A stretch of 32,000 bases of DNA from the NCBI GenBank assembly GCA_934613415.1, contig CAKTSY010000003.1:270001-302000 (forward strand), given 5' to 3'. This DNA comes from an uncultured Opitutales bacterium (lineage in GTDB: Bacteria; Verrucomicrobiota; Verrucomicrobiia; Opitutales; Intestinicryptomonadaceae). Of this stretch, positions 18,721 through 25,920 are shown piece by piece. Made by a program: the position numbers and the translations under genes. The notes beneath the pieces are model-generated. The model ran no database searches, had not been told where the DNA came from, and worked only from the letters and a program-made list of their open reading frames with translations. Position 1 is the first letter of the stretch. Each line of letters starts with the position of its first letter.

Positions 18721-19050
18721 TTAATATTTGCGCTCTACCGACTCGCCTGAAGCCATTTTTACGACCAAAATGCCGCCCGTTCTGCGGAAGACAATTTCTT
18801 TATAGCTTTCGCCGTCTACCGGCTTAATCTCTTCTAAAAACTTGCCTTCTATAAGCTCTTGGTAGCTAACCTGCCTATATTCGTTTTCGCTAAGGTAGGC
18901 TTTTGCAGCCAAAACAATCCTGTCGAGATTGTCGCTTATTATGGTTTTTTTCGCGTTGGTTTCAACGTAGTTTTGCATTGCCAAAATACCCAAAGCCAAC
19001 GGAACTATCATAGATAGCGCCATTGTAATTTCTCTAAAAAACTTGGGCAT
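18721..19050 (-). CDS. Small single-TM protein (109 aa) translationally coupled to dnaA; pilin-like architecture, function unknown
   Basis: Its ATG lies 7 nt after the dnaA stop codon and a terminator follows it. The N-terminal hydrophobic helix is MALSMIVPLALGILAM. It is followed by a soluble region, NAKKTIISDNLDRIVLAAKAYLSENEYRQVSYQELIEGKFLEEIKPVDGESY. That region resembles the post-helix part of PVC pseudopilin-like proteins from memory, but no G-FTLIE prepilin cleavage motif is present. Confidence 0.62.
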   Translation of the reverse strand: MPKFFREITMALSMIVPLALGILAMQNYVETNAKKTIISDNLDRIVLAAKAYLSENEYRQVSYQELIEGKFLEEIKPVDGESYKEIVFRRTGGILVVKMASGESVERKY

Positions 19051-19057
19051 TTTTAAG

Positions 19058-20422
19058 CTATTCCGACAATACTTTTATAAAGTGGTCTACATAACCCTTT
19101 ATGCTGGGTTCGCATTCCATCTGTTCGCCGACAACTTTCATTGCGTGAATAACGGTGCCGTGGTCTCGACCGCCGAACTGCCTACCTATTTCCTCAAGCG
19201 TTTTTTCCTTCATAAGGGTTTTCGACAAATACATTGCAATTTGGCGCGCAGTTACAATGTTTGCGGTTCTGCGCCTGCCTGTTATCTCGGCAATGTCTAT
19301 ATGAAAATACGAGGCAACCGTTTCCTGAATCTTTTGAATGTCTAAATTGCCGACGTCTTGCGAAAGGAAATCCGCCAAAAGTTCCTGCGCCTTTTCGAGA
19401 GTAAGGGGAGTTTTTACAACCGCAGCATACCCCGAAAGCCTGTTTAAAGCCCCTTCAAGCCTGCGCACGTTTTTGGTAATTTTTCGGGCAACAAAATCGA
19501 GAATTTCTGGCGAAGCTTCAAAGCCCATTGCCGACGCCTTTTTCATTAAAATAGCCAGGCGCGTTTCGTAGTTGGGGGTTTGAATGTCGGCAGAATAGCC
19601 CCATTCAAAGCGGGAAATCAGCCTTTCTTCAAGCTTGGGAATTTCGTTGAAAGGCCTGTCGGAAGTAAGCACAATTTGCTTACCCGATTCGAACAAGTCG
19701 TTAAAGGTATGGAAAAATTCTTCCTGTATGCCCGTTTTGCCCGCAAAAAATTGTATATCGTCTATCATAAGAACGTCTACATTGCGGTAGCGTTTGCGAA
19801 ATTCCGCCATTTTGCCGTCTTTAATGTCGCGTATATACTCGTTAAGAAAACGTTCGGAAGTTGTATATACGATGGACATTTCGGGGTTGTTTTTGAAAAC
19901 AAAGTGGGCTATGGCGTGCATAAGGTGGGTTTTTCCCAAGCCTGTAGAGCCATATATGCACATCGGGTTATATACCCTGCCGGGGGCGTTTGCCACCGCC
20001 AACGCAACCGCGTGCGCCAACTGGTTGCTTTCGCCTATAATGAAGTTTTCGAAAGTGTTCTTGGGGTTGATATTCGGAGCTTTGGGCTTCGATTTGGGCA
20101 AAGATACCGCGCGGGGGGTCTCTACGGGCAATTCCTCCTGCCGCGAAGAAGTGTCTGTATTTTGGCAAAGCACCTTAACCGACGCGTTTCTGCCCAACGC
20201 CATAGAGATGTGCCTGCGCAGCAAATCCGTATAGTTGTCGCTTATCCACATCGCCGCAAAGTCGTTGTTTGCCGACAAAACGTAGTTGTCGCCTTCGCAC
20301 GAAACAAGTTGCATGCAGGCAAACCATTCCGAATAGGTTTCGGCCGACAAAAGGCTTTGCAATTCGCCCTTTACCGTGTCCCAAACCTGCTGGGGGGTAT
20401 ACTGTGTTGAAATGTCTTCCAT
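19058..20422 (-). CDS. dnaA: Chromosomal replication initiator protein DnaA
   Basis: I chose the ATG at complement of 20420-20422 (MEDISTQYTPQQVW...) over the tracked TTG. The protein has AAA+ Walker A (IYGSTGLGKTHLMHAI), Walker B (LMIDDIQF) and sensor regions. The C-terminal domain IV carries the DNA-binding signature (TARQIAMYLSKTL...SLEEIGRQFGGRDHGTVIHA). Confidence 0.95.
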   Translation of the reverse strand: MEDISTQYTPQQVWDTVKGELQSLLSAETYSEWFACMQLVSCEGDNYVLSANNDFAAMWISDNYTDLLRRHISMALGRNASVKVLCQNTDTSSRQEELPVETPRAVSLPKSKPKAPNINPKNTFENFIIGESNQLAHAVALAVANAPGRVYNPMCIYGSTGLGKTHLMHAIAHFVFKNNPEMSIVYTTSERFLNEYIRDIKDGKMAEFRKRYRNVDVLMIDDIQFFAGKTGIQEEFFHTFNDLFESGKQIVLTSDRPFNEIPKLEERLISRFEWGYSADIQTPNYETRLAILMKKASAMGFEASPEILDFVARKITKNVRRLEGALNRLSGYAAVVKTPLTLEKAQELLADFLSQDVGNLDIQKIQETVASYFHIDIAEITGRRRTANIVTARQIAMYLSKTLMKEKTLEEIGRQFGGRDHGTVIHAMKVVGEQMECEPSIKGYVDHFIKVLSE

Positions 20423-20637
20423 TGTAGTTTTTGTGGCAATTATTAACAATTTGCGGCTTTTGCGTGTTAATTGTTTTTAAGCGTGCGCTAGGCTTTCTGT
20501 TTCTTGCTGTATATCCGCAGTTTACGCACTATAATTATTCAAAATGCCTCTCGCAATAATATCCTTAAGTTAATGATTACCAGTGTATTGTGAAATATAG
20601 ATTTTTAGCCAGTTTTAAGAGAACCTTTCGGGAAATG

Positions 20638-20646
20638 TTATTCACA
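20638..20646 (+). promoter_or_regulatory. DnaA-box-like 9-mer TTATTCACA
   Basis: It has one mismatch to the E. coli consensus TTATCCACA and fits the relaxed TTWTNCACA consensus. Confidence 0.5.
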
Positions 20647-20720
20647 AAACCCGGTTCTTTGAAAACTTTAAGCATATTCTACCAAAAATTTGGCAGTTTC
20701 AAGCATAAGTTTTAAACAAG

Positions 20721-20745
20721 TTATTCACATTTTGATTGTGAATAA
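20721..20745. promoter_or_regulatory. Inverted pair of DnaA-box-like 9-mers
   Basis: The sequence TTATTCACA-ttttgat-TGTGAATAA holds two perfect copies in head-to-head orientation with a 7-bp spacer. Confidence 0.55.
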
Positions 20746-20788
20746 AAAATCGCAAAAAAATCGATTTTTCTCTTGATTTCCCCCTAGG

Positions 20789-21769
20789 CTACTTTTTTAG
20801 CGACTTTACGGAATTTTTTTGCCCGAAAAAGAGCAAAAACACCAAAAGCAATGTCAGCAATATCAAAGCCGCATACGATTTTGTTACCCAAACCCCGCCA
20901 AAGACAATCCTTAGGCTGTCGGAACTTTCGGGGGCAACAAGCTCTTTATATAGCATTATTGCCAAAACCGCAGCCGAATGAAAGCCTATCGGCGCATACA
21001 GCGTTTTTGCTCTTAAAAACATTGCGCACAAAACGCAACCGAACATAAAAAGCGATATGTACGAAAACGCGTCGAACGACATAAATATGCCGACAGTGTC
21101 GTACCAGGCAACCTGAAAGCCCGAATACCAACTTGCGCTATGCAAATCAAGCCCTCCTATGTCGCTTGGCACCTTAAAATGTTTGTATGCAAAAAACAAA
21201 GACGAAAGCACTATGCCAAAAAACATTCCCCAGGCAGTGTAAAACGAGCGCATAATTAGATCTCTAAAAAGCAGCTCTTCTAAAAACGCCAAAAGAAGCG
21301 TAGAGACAAACGCAACACCCAAAACCGAGCAAAATTCGTTTAAGGATATGCTTTTAAACGCGCAATCGGTAAACATAAGCTGCATAGCATACATAGCGGC
21401 AAGCAAAAGCAACCCCAATAGGTAATATTTTGCAAACTCTTTTAAAGCCTTTAAATTTAATTTCATTCGCAACGCGCCAAGGCTTGTAAGGCGGCATTTA
21501 ATAAACACAACGGGCAACACCAAAACTATTGCCACATACCTTGCCCTGTCGAAAAAGATGTCTACCCCCTTGCCGGCAAGCCAGGCAAGCGTTTCGTTGC
21601 TAGGGTTTGTTTCGTGCAGATACTGCGCAAACCAAAAGGAAAGCGGGGCAAATATTGCGCCCAATACCGTTGCAAAAACATACGCAAACAAAAAAACGTA
21701 TGCCCCCTTTATAGAACGCTGCCCGTCTTTTAAGCCGAACAGCAACAAATTTGTGTTTTCGTTAGCCAT
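20789..21769 (-). CDS. CPBP-family intramembrane glutamic endopeptidase (CAAX protease / Abi-like)
   Basis: I used the ATG at complement of 21767-21769 (MANENTN...). It is a polytopic membrane protein with CPBP motif 1 EELLFRD (EExxxR), motif 2 FAYKH (FxxxH) and a later HSAAV segment. Confidence 0.78.
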   Translation of the reverse strand: MANENTNLLLFGLKDGQRSIKGAYVFLFAYVFATVLGAIFAPLSFWFAQYLHETNPSNETLAWLAGKGVDIFFDRARYVAIVLVLPVVFIKCRLTSLGALRMKLNLKALKEFAKYYLLGLLLLAAMYAMQLMFTDCAFKSISLNEFCSVLGVAFVSTLLLAFLEELLFRDLIMRSFYTAWGMFFGIVLSSLFFAYKHFKVPSDIGGLDLHSASWYSGFQVAWYDTVGIFMSFDAFSYISLFMFGCVLCAMFLRAKTLYAPIGFHSAAVLAIMLYKELVAPESSDSLRIVFGGVWVTKSYAALILLTLLLVFLLFFGQKNSVKSLKK

Positions 21770-21925
21770 TATGAAGTAGATTATTGATTTTTTGCCATCT
21801 TTTGCGAGAAAATTTTGCCGCAAAAAGCCGAAAACATACACAAAATGCCGCAAAATACGCTTATTTTATGCCGAATTGCACAAAAAACTGTTGAGAAATA
21901 AAATTTTTTGCGAAAATATTATATT

Positions 21926-22528
21926 ATGGAAGAATACAACGGCATAGAGGAAATGCTTAAACGCAAAGCGCAAAGAATTGACGCACTAAAAACGGTTACC
22001 GGCGAAATTATAGGCGACGCAAAAAAAATTACGCTGGAAATAGGCTGCGGGAAAGGCCATTACCTTAGTAGCTATGCTGCGGCGCACCCAAATGAACTTT
22101 GCATTGGCATAGACTTAATTTCCGAAAGAATAAAAGACTCTAAACGCCGCGCCGAAAAAAAGGGAGCCGCAAACGCACACTTTGTAAAGGCCGAAGCCGG
22201 CGAATTTTTGGCAAGCCTGCCCGAAAACTGCGTGATTGAAAACATATTCATTATGTTCCCAGACCCCTGGCCCAAAAAACGCCACCACAAAAGAAGGCTT
22301 ATTCAAGAGCCCTTTATAGACACTTTAAGGACAAAATGCTCGCCCGAAACCGTATGGTATTTTAGAACCGACTACGACGAATATTTTGAATGGGCAAAAG
22401 ACGTTGTAAACGCCTCGCATACCTGGCGCATAGACGAAAAAACCGAACTGCCGTTCGAGGAAGTTTCGCAATTTCAGCGCATATTAAAAGTATACAACAC
22501 CTTTGCCGCGCGCCCCGTATTCGAATAA
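21926..22528 (+). CDS. trmB: tRNA (guanine46-N7)-methyltransferase
   Basis: From ATG 21926 the product starts MEEYNGIEE.... It has SAM motif LEIGCGKGHYL and the TrmB signature FPDPWPKKRHHKRRL. Confidence 0.9.
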   Translation: MEEYNGIEEMLKRKAQRIDALKTVTGEIIGDAKKITLEIGCGKGHYLSSYAAAHPNELCIGIDLISERIKDSKRRAEKKGAANAHFVKAEAGEFLASLPENCVIENIFIMFPDPWPKKRHHKRRLIQEPFIDTLRTKCSPETVWYFRTDYDEYFEWAKDVVNASHTWRIDEKTELPFEEVSQFQRILKVYNTFAARPVFE

Positions 22529-22596
22529 TTTGCTTGTGCTCGACAAACATTAAGTGCTATTTTAAAACCACTAACACCGCATTTTTTTGACGGATT

Positions 22597-23673
22597 ATGA
22601 ATTATAAAGAAGTACTAATTTCGATTTGCGAATTTGCCGTAATCGGCTTTTCGGTTCTTTTGGGGCTAACCCTTATGCTTAAAAACGACGAAGCATATAA
22701 CGAATCCTACATAGATTCAAAGTTCTGCGCGTTGTCCATCTCAAAAAACTGCTACAAAAGGTTTATGCGCATTTTGGGTCTGATATTGTTTTTGTTCGGG
22801 TTGGCATTCTTTTACTTTATCTTCTTTTACACGCCCGACGACGAGCTTGAACCCGTAAAGGAATTTTGGAAGGACGTTGAAAAGAGCACAAACGCCGACA
22901 GCCTTATTTTGGGATTTGCAATGTTTGCAATTGCTATTCCGGCCAGAATGTCGTCTACAAGGTTCCCCGGCAAACCCCTTGCAATGCTAAAGGGCAAAAC
23001 CGTAATACAAAGGGTATACGAAAAGTGCCTGCAAAGTAAATATGCCGGCGACAACGCCTATATTTTAACCGACAGCCCGCAAATTTGCGAATTTGCCGAA
23101 AAAATGGGAGCCAAATATGTTTTAACTTCGCCCGAATGCAAAAACGGCACCGAAAGAATTGTTGAAGCCCTTCCAAAAATAGACGCCGAATTTTTTGTAA
23201 ACGTTCAAGGCGACGAGCCCTTTATACCCGTTTCGCTTATAGACGCGATTATCGAAAAGCGAATGCAGTCGAATTGCGAATTGGCAACAGCCGTTGTCCG
23301 CATAGACGACCCTCAAGATTTAGACAACCCAAACGTTGTAAAAGCCCTGCGCAACAAAGACGGCAAAATCCTTTATTTTAGCCGCTCGCCCCTGCCCTAT
23401 GTAAGGGGTATTCCCGACAAGGCAAAATGGCTTGAAAAATGCGCCTATTTTAGGCACATAGGCATATACGGCTATTCAAGAAAATCGCTTTTAAACTACA
23501 ATTCGCTGCCAGCTAGCACGCTTGAAAACTGCGAAATGCTCGAACAATTAAGGTTTGTAGATTCAGGCTACGAATTTATGGCTGTAGAAAGCGCATATAA
23601 AAGCATAGGCATAGACACCCCGCAAGACCTTGCCGAAGCCGAAAAATTTTTAGAAAGCACCCAACAATGTTAG
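22597..23673 (+). CDS. kdsB: 3-deoxy-manno-octulosonate cytidylyltransferase (CMP-Kdo synthetase) with an in-frame 108-codon two-TM N-terminal extension; alternative canonical start at 22921
   Basis: The C-terminal ~250 aa read MFAIAIPARMSSTRFPGKPLAMLKGKTVIQRV...VNVQGDEPFI...RHIGIYGY, which is canonical KdsB. The upstream in-frame segment encodes two strongly hydrophobic helices (VLISICEFAVIGFSVLLGLTLML and FMRILGLILFLFGLAFFYFIFFY). There is no stop between 22597 and 22921. Confidence 0.85.
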   Translation: MNYKEVLISICEFAVIGFSVLLGLTLMLKNDEAYNESYIDSKFCALSISKNCYKRFMRILGLILFLFGLAFFYFIFFYTPDDELEPVKEFWKDVEKSTNADSLILGFAMFAIAIPARMSSTRFPGKPLAMLKGKTVIQRVYEKCLQSKYAGDNAYILTDSPQICEFAEKMGAKYVLTSPECKNGTERIVEALPKIDAEFFVNVQGDEPFIPVSLIDAIIEKRMQSNCELATAVVRIDDPQDLDNPNVVKALRNKDGKILYFSRSPLPYVRGIPDKAKWLEKCAYFRHIGIYGYSRKSLLNYNSLPASTLENCEMLEQLRFVDSGYEFMAVESAYKSIGIDTPQDLAEAEKFLESTQQC

Positions 23674-24647
23674 AAGAAGCATTTATTAAGTCTGCAAAAA
23701 CCGCTCTCGAAAAAGAAGCAAAGGCGGTTTTAAAACTTTCAGACCGCATAGACGAATCTTTCGTAAAAGCGGTTAACACAATTTTAAGCCACAAGGGCAA
23801 ATTGGTAATTTGCGGCGTTGGCAAATCGGGACTTATAGGGCAGAAAATTGCCGCTACAATGTCTAGCACGGGAACAAGCGCGCTGTTTTTGCACGCGTGC
23901 GACGCAGTGCACGGCGACATGGGCATTTACGAAGCGGGCGACCCTACAATTTTGATTTCAAACAGCGGCTCTACCGAAGAATGCCTTAGGCTTATGCCCC
24001 TTTTAAAGCAGTTTAATTCGCCCATAATAGCCATTGTAGGGCGTATGGATTCGCCTATGGCAAAGCAGGCCGACATTGTTCTAGACGCCTCGTGCGACGG
24101 CGAAGCCGACCCATTAGGCATTGTGCCTACTTCCTCTACAACGGTTGCCCTTGCCTGGGGCGACGCTTTGGCTTGCGCACTTATAACCGCGCGCAACTTT
24201 ACAAAAATAGACTTTGCAAAATTCCACCCCGCAGGCCAGCTTGGCAGAACCCTTTTGCTTAAGGTAAAAGATGTAATGCACCCCGTAAAGGAATGCGCGG
24301 TTGCAAAAGCCCACGACTTGCTTAAAGAAACCGTTGTTAAAATGACCGAAAACCCCCTGGGCGCCGCCTGCATTGTAGACGACTGCGGCGGTTTAGCAGG
24401 TCTTATAACCGACGGCGACATAAGGCGCGCCTTTAAGTGCGACTGCGATTTTAACAAAATACAGTGCGCCGACATTATGACAAAAAAACCCGTGTCGATT
24501 TTGCCCGAAGCTTCGCTAGGGCAAGCTGTTGCCCTTATGGAGGAACGCCCGTCTAACAAAAGACTTTCGGTTTTGCCCGTTGTAGACAATTCAGGAAAGT
24601 TTGCGGGCATTATAAGGCTGCACGATATTTACCAGCCAAAAAGGTAG
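23667..24647 (+). CDS. kdsD: Arabinose-5-phosphate isomerase (KpsF/GutQ/KdsD family; SIS domain plus tandem CBS domains)
   Basis: It has the motif GKLVICGVGKSGLIGQKIAATMSSTGTSALFLHACDAVHGDMG and two C-terminal CBS-like repeats. Its start overlaps the kdsB stop by 7 nt (ATGTTAG). Confidence 0.9.
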   Translation: MLEEAFIKSAKTALEKEAKAVLKLSDRIDESFVKAVNTILSHKGKLVICGVGKSGLIGQKIAATMSSTGTSALFLHACDAVHGDMGIYEAGDPTILISNSGSTEECLRLMPLLKQFNSPIIAIVGRMDSPMAKQADIVLDASCDGEADPLGIVPTSSTTVALAWGDALACALITARNFTKIDFAKFHPAGQLGRTLLLKVKDVMHPVKECAVAKAHDLLKETVVKMTENPLGAACIVDDCGGLAGLITDGDIRRAFKCDCDFNKIQCADIMTKKPVSILPEASLGQAVALMEERPSNKRLSVLPVVDNSGKFAGIIRLHDIYQPKR

Positions 24648-24650
24648 TTT

Positions 24651-25196
24651 ATGTTTGCAGACAGCGTAAAATTTATATGCAAGTTTTTGGCGAACCCTAA
24701 AACTACGGGAGCCCTCTGCCCAAGTTCGCATTTTTTGGCAAGACAAATGGCGGCAAACAGCCCAGAAAGCGGGCTTATTATAGAGTTGGGAGCAGGCTCT
24801 GGCTCGGTTACCTCCGAAATACTTAAAAAGGCAGAGGTTTCAAGGGTGCGCTCGGTAGAGCTAGACAAAAACTTGTGCGAAATCTTAAGGCATAAATTCC
24901 CCGACTTGGCGGTTGTTAACGATTCTGCCGAAAACATTGCAGGCATTGCAAACGGCGAAAAGATAGGGGCGGTAATTTCAAGCTTGCCGCTGCTTAACAT
25001 ACCCGAACCCATTGTAAGGAACATTTTAAACGCGGTTGAAAGCACACTGCCAAAGGGCGGCATTTTTGTTCAATTTACATACAATTTGCGCAAAAAACCC
25101 GAGCAGCTTGGCTTTACAAAAATGCGCCATTTAAAAACAAAGTTTGTTTACCTAAACATTCCGCCCGCACGAGTAGACGTTTTTATAAAGGAATAG
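24651..25196 (+). CDS. Class I SAM-dependent methyltransferase, COG3963 (phospholipid N-methyltransferase-like) type
   Basis: The N-terminal FLANPKTTGALCPSSHFLARQM signature and SAM motif I (IIELGAGSGSVTSEIL) are present. It starts 3 nt after the kdsD stop. Confidence 0.72.
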   Translation: MFADSVKFICKFLANPKTTGALCPSSHFLARQMAANSPESGLIIELGAGSGSVTSEILKKAEVSRVRSVELDKNLCEILRHKFPDLAVVNDSAENIAGIANGEKIGAVISSLPLLNIPEPIVRNILNAVESTLPKGGIFVQFTYNLRKKPEQLGFTKMRHLKTKFVYLNIPPARVDVFIKE

Positions 25197-25220
25197 AATT
25201 TTTGTTTTTTATTTTTCCAC

Positions 25221-25256
25221 AAAAAAAGGCGGCATTTGGTTTTGCCGCCTTTTTGT
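25221..25256. terminator. Bidirectional rho-independent terminator (convergent methyltransferase and PNPOx genes)
   Basis: The sequence is AAAAAAA-GGCGGCA-tttggttt-TGCCGCC-TTTTTGTTT (stem 25228-25234 / 25243-25249), with an A tract before the stem and a T tract after it. Confidence 0.78.
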
Positions 25257-25269
25257 TTGCAAATGCGTT

Positions 25270-25740
25270 TTATCTTTTTCGTTCTTTGCCCGAAATGCCT
25301 TCTATTTTAAACCTTAAAACCGCGGCTTTGTCTGCCGAGCGCGCAACATATTCGTAGCCTTTTTCGATAAAATCGGGGCTATACTTTTCTATAAGCTTTT
25401 TTAAGGCGCAAACCTTTTCGGCTTGGTCGCTTACCGTGCTTGCCGTGCAAAAAAGTGTTGCACTTTTATATGCAAACGAAAATTTTTCGGGTATTGCCGA
25501 GGCAGTTTCAACAAAATTTATGCAAACTTTATTTGCCAGGGCAATACTGTCTAACTTCTTGCCCTCTTTTGCGCAGTGTGCGTAAAAATATTCGCCGCAC
25601 TTAACAAAGTTTAGCGGAACCGCATATGGGTAGCCGTCGTTGCCCATAATCGACAAAACGCCGTATTGGGCATTTTCTGCAACCTGCATTGCAGCCTCTT
25701 CGCTTAAAGCCCTGTCGATTCTTCTTAAAGTTGTGTTCAT
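25270..25740 (-). CDS. Pyridoxamine 5'-phosphate oxidase-family (NimA / COG3467-like) flavoprotein
   Basis: I used the internal ATG (complement of 25738-25740). The product MNTTLRRIDRALSEEAAMQVAENAQYGVLSIMGNDGYPYAVPLNFVKCGEYFYAHCAKEGKKLDSI matches the family N-terminal pattern (R.DR....E....L......G.L.....DG.PY.VPL.F......Y.H.A..G.K). Confidence 0.8.
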   Translation of the reverse strand: MNTTLRRIDRALSEEAAMQVAENAQYGVLSIMGNDGYPYAVPLNFVKCGEYFYAHCAKEGKKLDSIALANKVCINFVETASAIPEKFSFAYKSATLFCTASTVSDQAEKVCALKKLIEKYSPDFIEKGYEYVARSADKAAVLRFKIEGISGKERKR

Positions 25741-25854
25741 ATAGCGAAAATATTTGCACTTTTGCGCAAAAATTAAAGCTTTTTGTTTGCAAAAAAATTT
25801 GCAAAAAAGCCAAGCCCCGCTGCAAAGCACGGGAAAGCCAAGCCGCATTTTTTA

Positions 25855-25897
25855 CACAAAAAAGGCGCAAGGCAAAACTGTTTGCCTTGCGCCTTTT
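25855..25897 (-). terminator. Rho-independent terminator ending the four-gene minus-strand operon
   Basis: A perfect 13-bp stem GGCGCAAGGCAAA/TTTGCCTTGCGCC (25864-25876 / 25881-25893) has a 4-nt loop. On the minus strand it is followed by UUUUUUGUGU. It begins about 25 nt after the discoidin-gene stop codon. Confidence 0.8.
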
Positions 25898-25920
25898 GCG
25901 GTGGAAATTTTATTTAAAAA

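Larger units (their letters stand above)
20450..20788. other. Candidate oriC / dnaA promoter-operator region
   Basis: This is a 339-bp non-coding gap upstream of dnaA. It contains three identical TTATTCACA 9-mers, one degenerate box (TGTGAAATA, 20589-20597), AT-rich stretches (20527-20580) and a 14-bp palindrome AAAAATCGATTTTT (20756-20769). Gene orientation diverges around this point. Confidence 0.55.

Noticed and set aside
20242-20250. Perfect consensus DnaA box TTATCCACA inside the dnaA coding sequence
   Set aside because: It is a single 9-mer within a CDS and cannot be told apart from chance by eye. I did not call it as a site, though it could be included if DnaA ChIP data are examined.
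19580-20410. 276-aa plus-strand ORF antisense to dnaA, plus smaller ORFs at 19794-20234, 19968-20168 and 20175-20384
   Set aside because: They are mirror-frame artefacts of dnaA. Their translations are Arg/Val/Phe-rich with no recognisable family features.
23927-24610. 227-aa minus-strand ORF antisense to kdsD
   Set aside because: It is nested in the SIS/CBS isomerase gene. Its Ser/Pro/Ala-rich translation is typical of an antisense frame.
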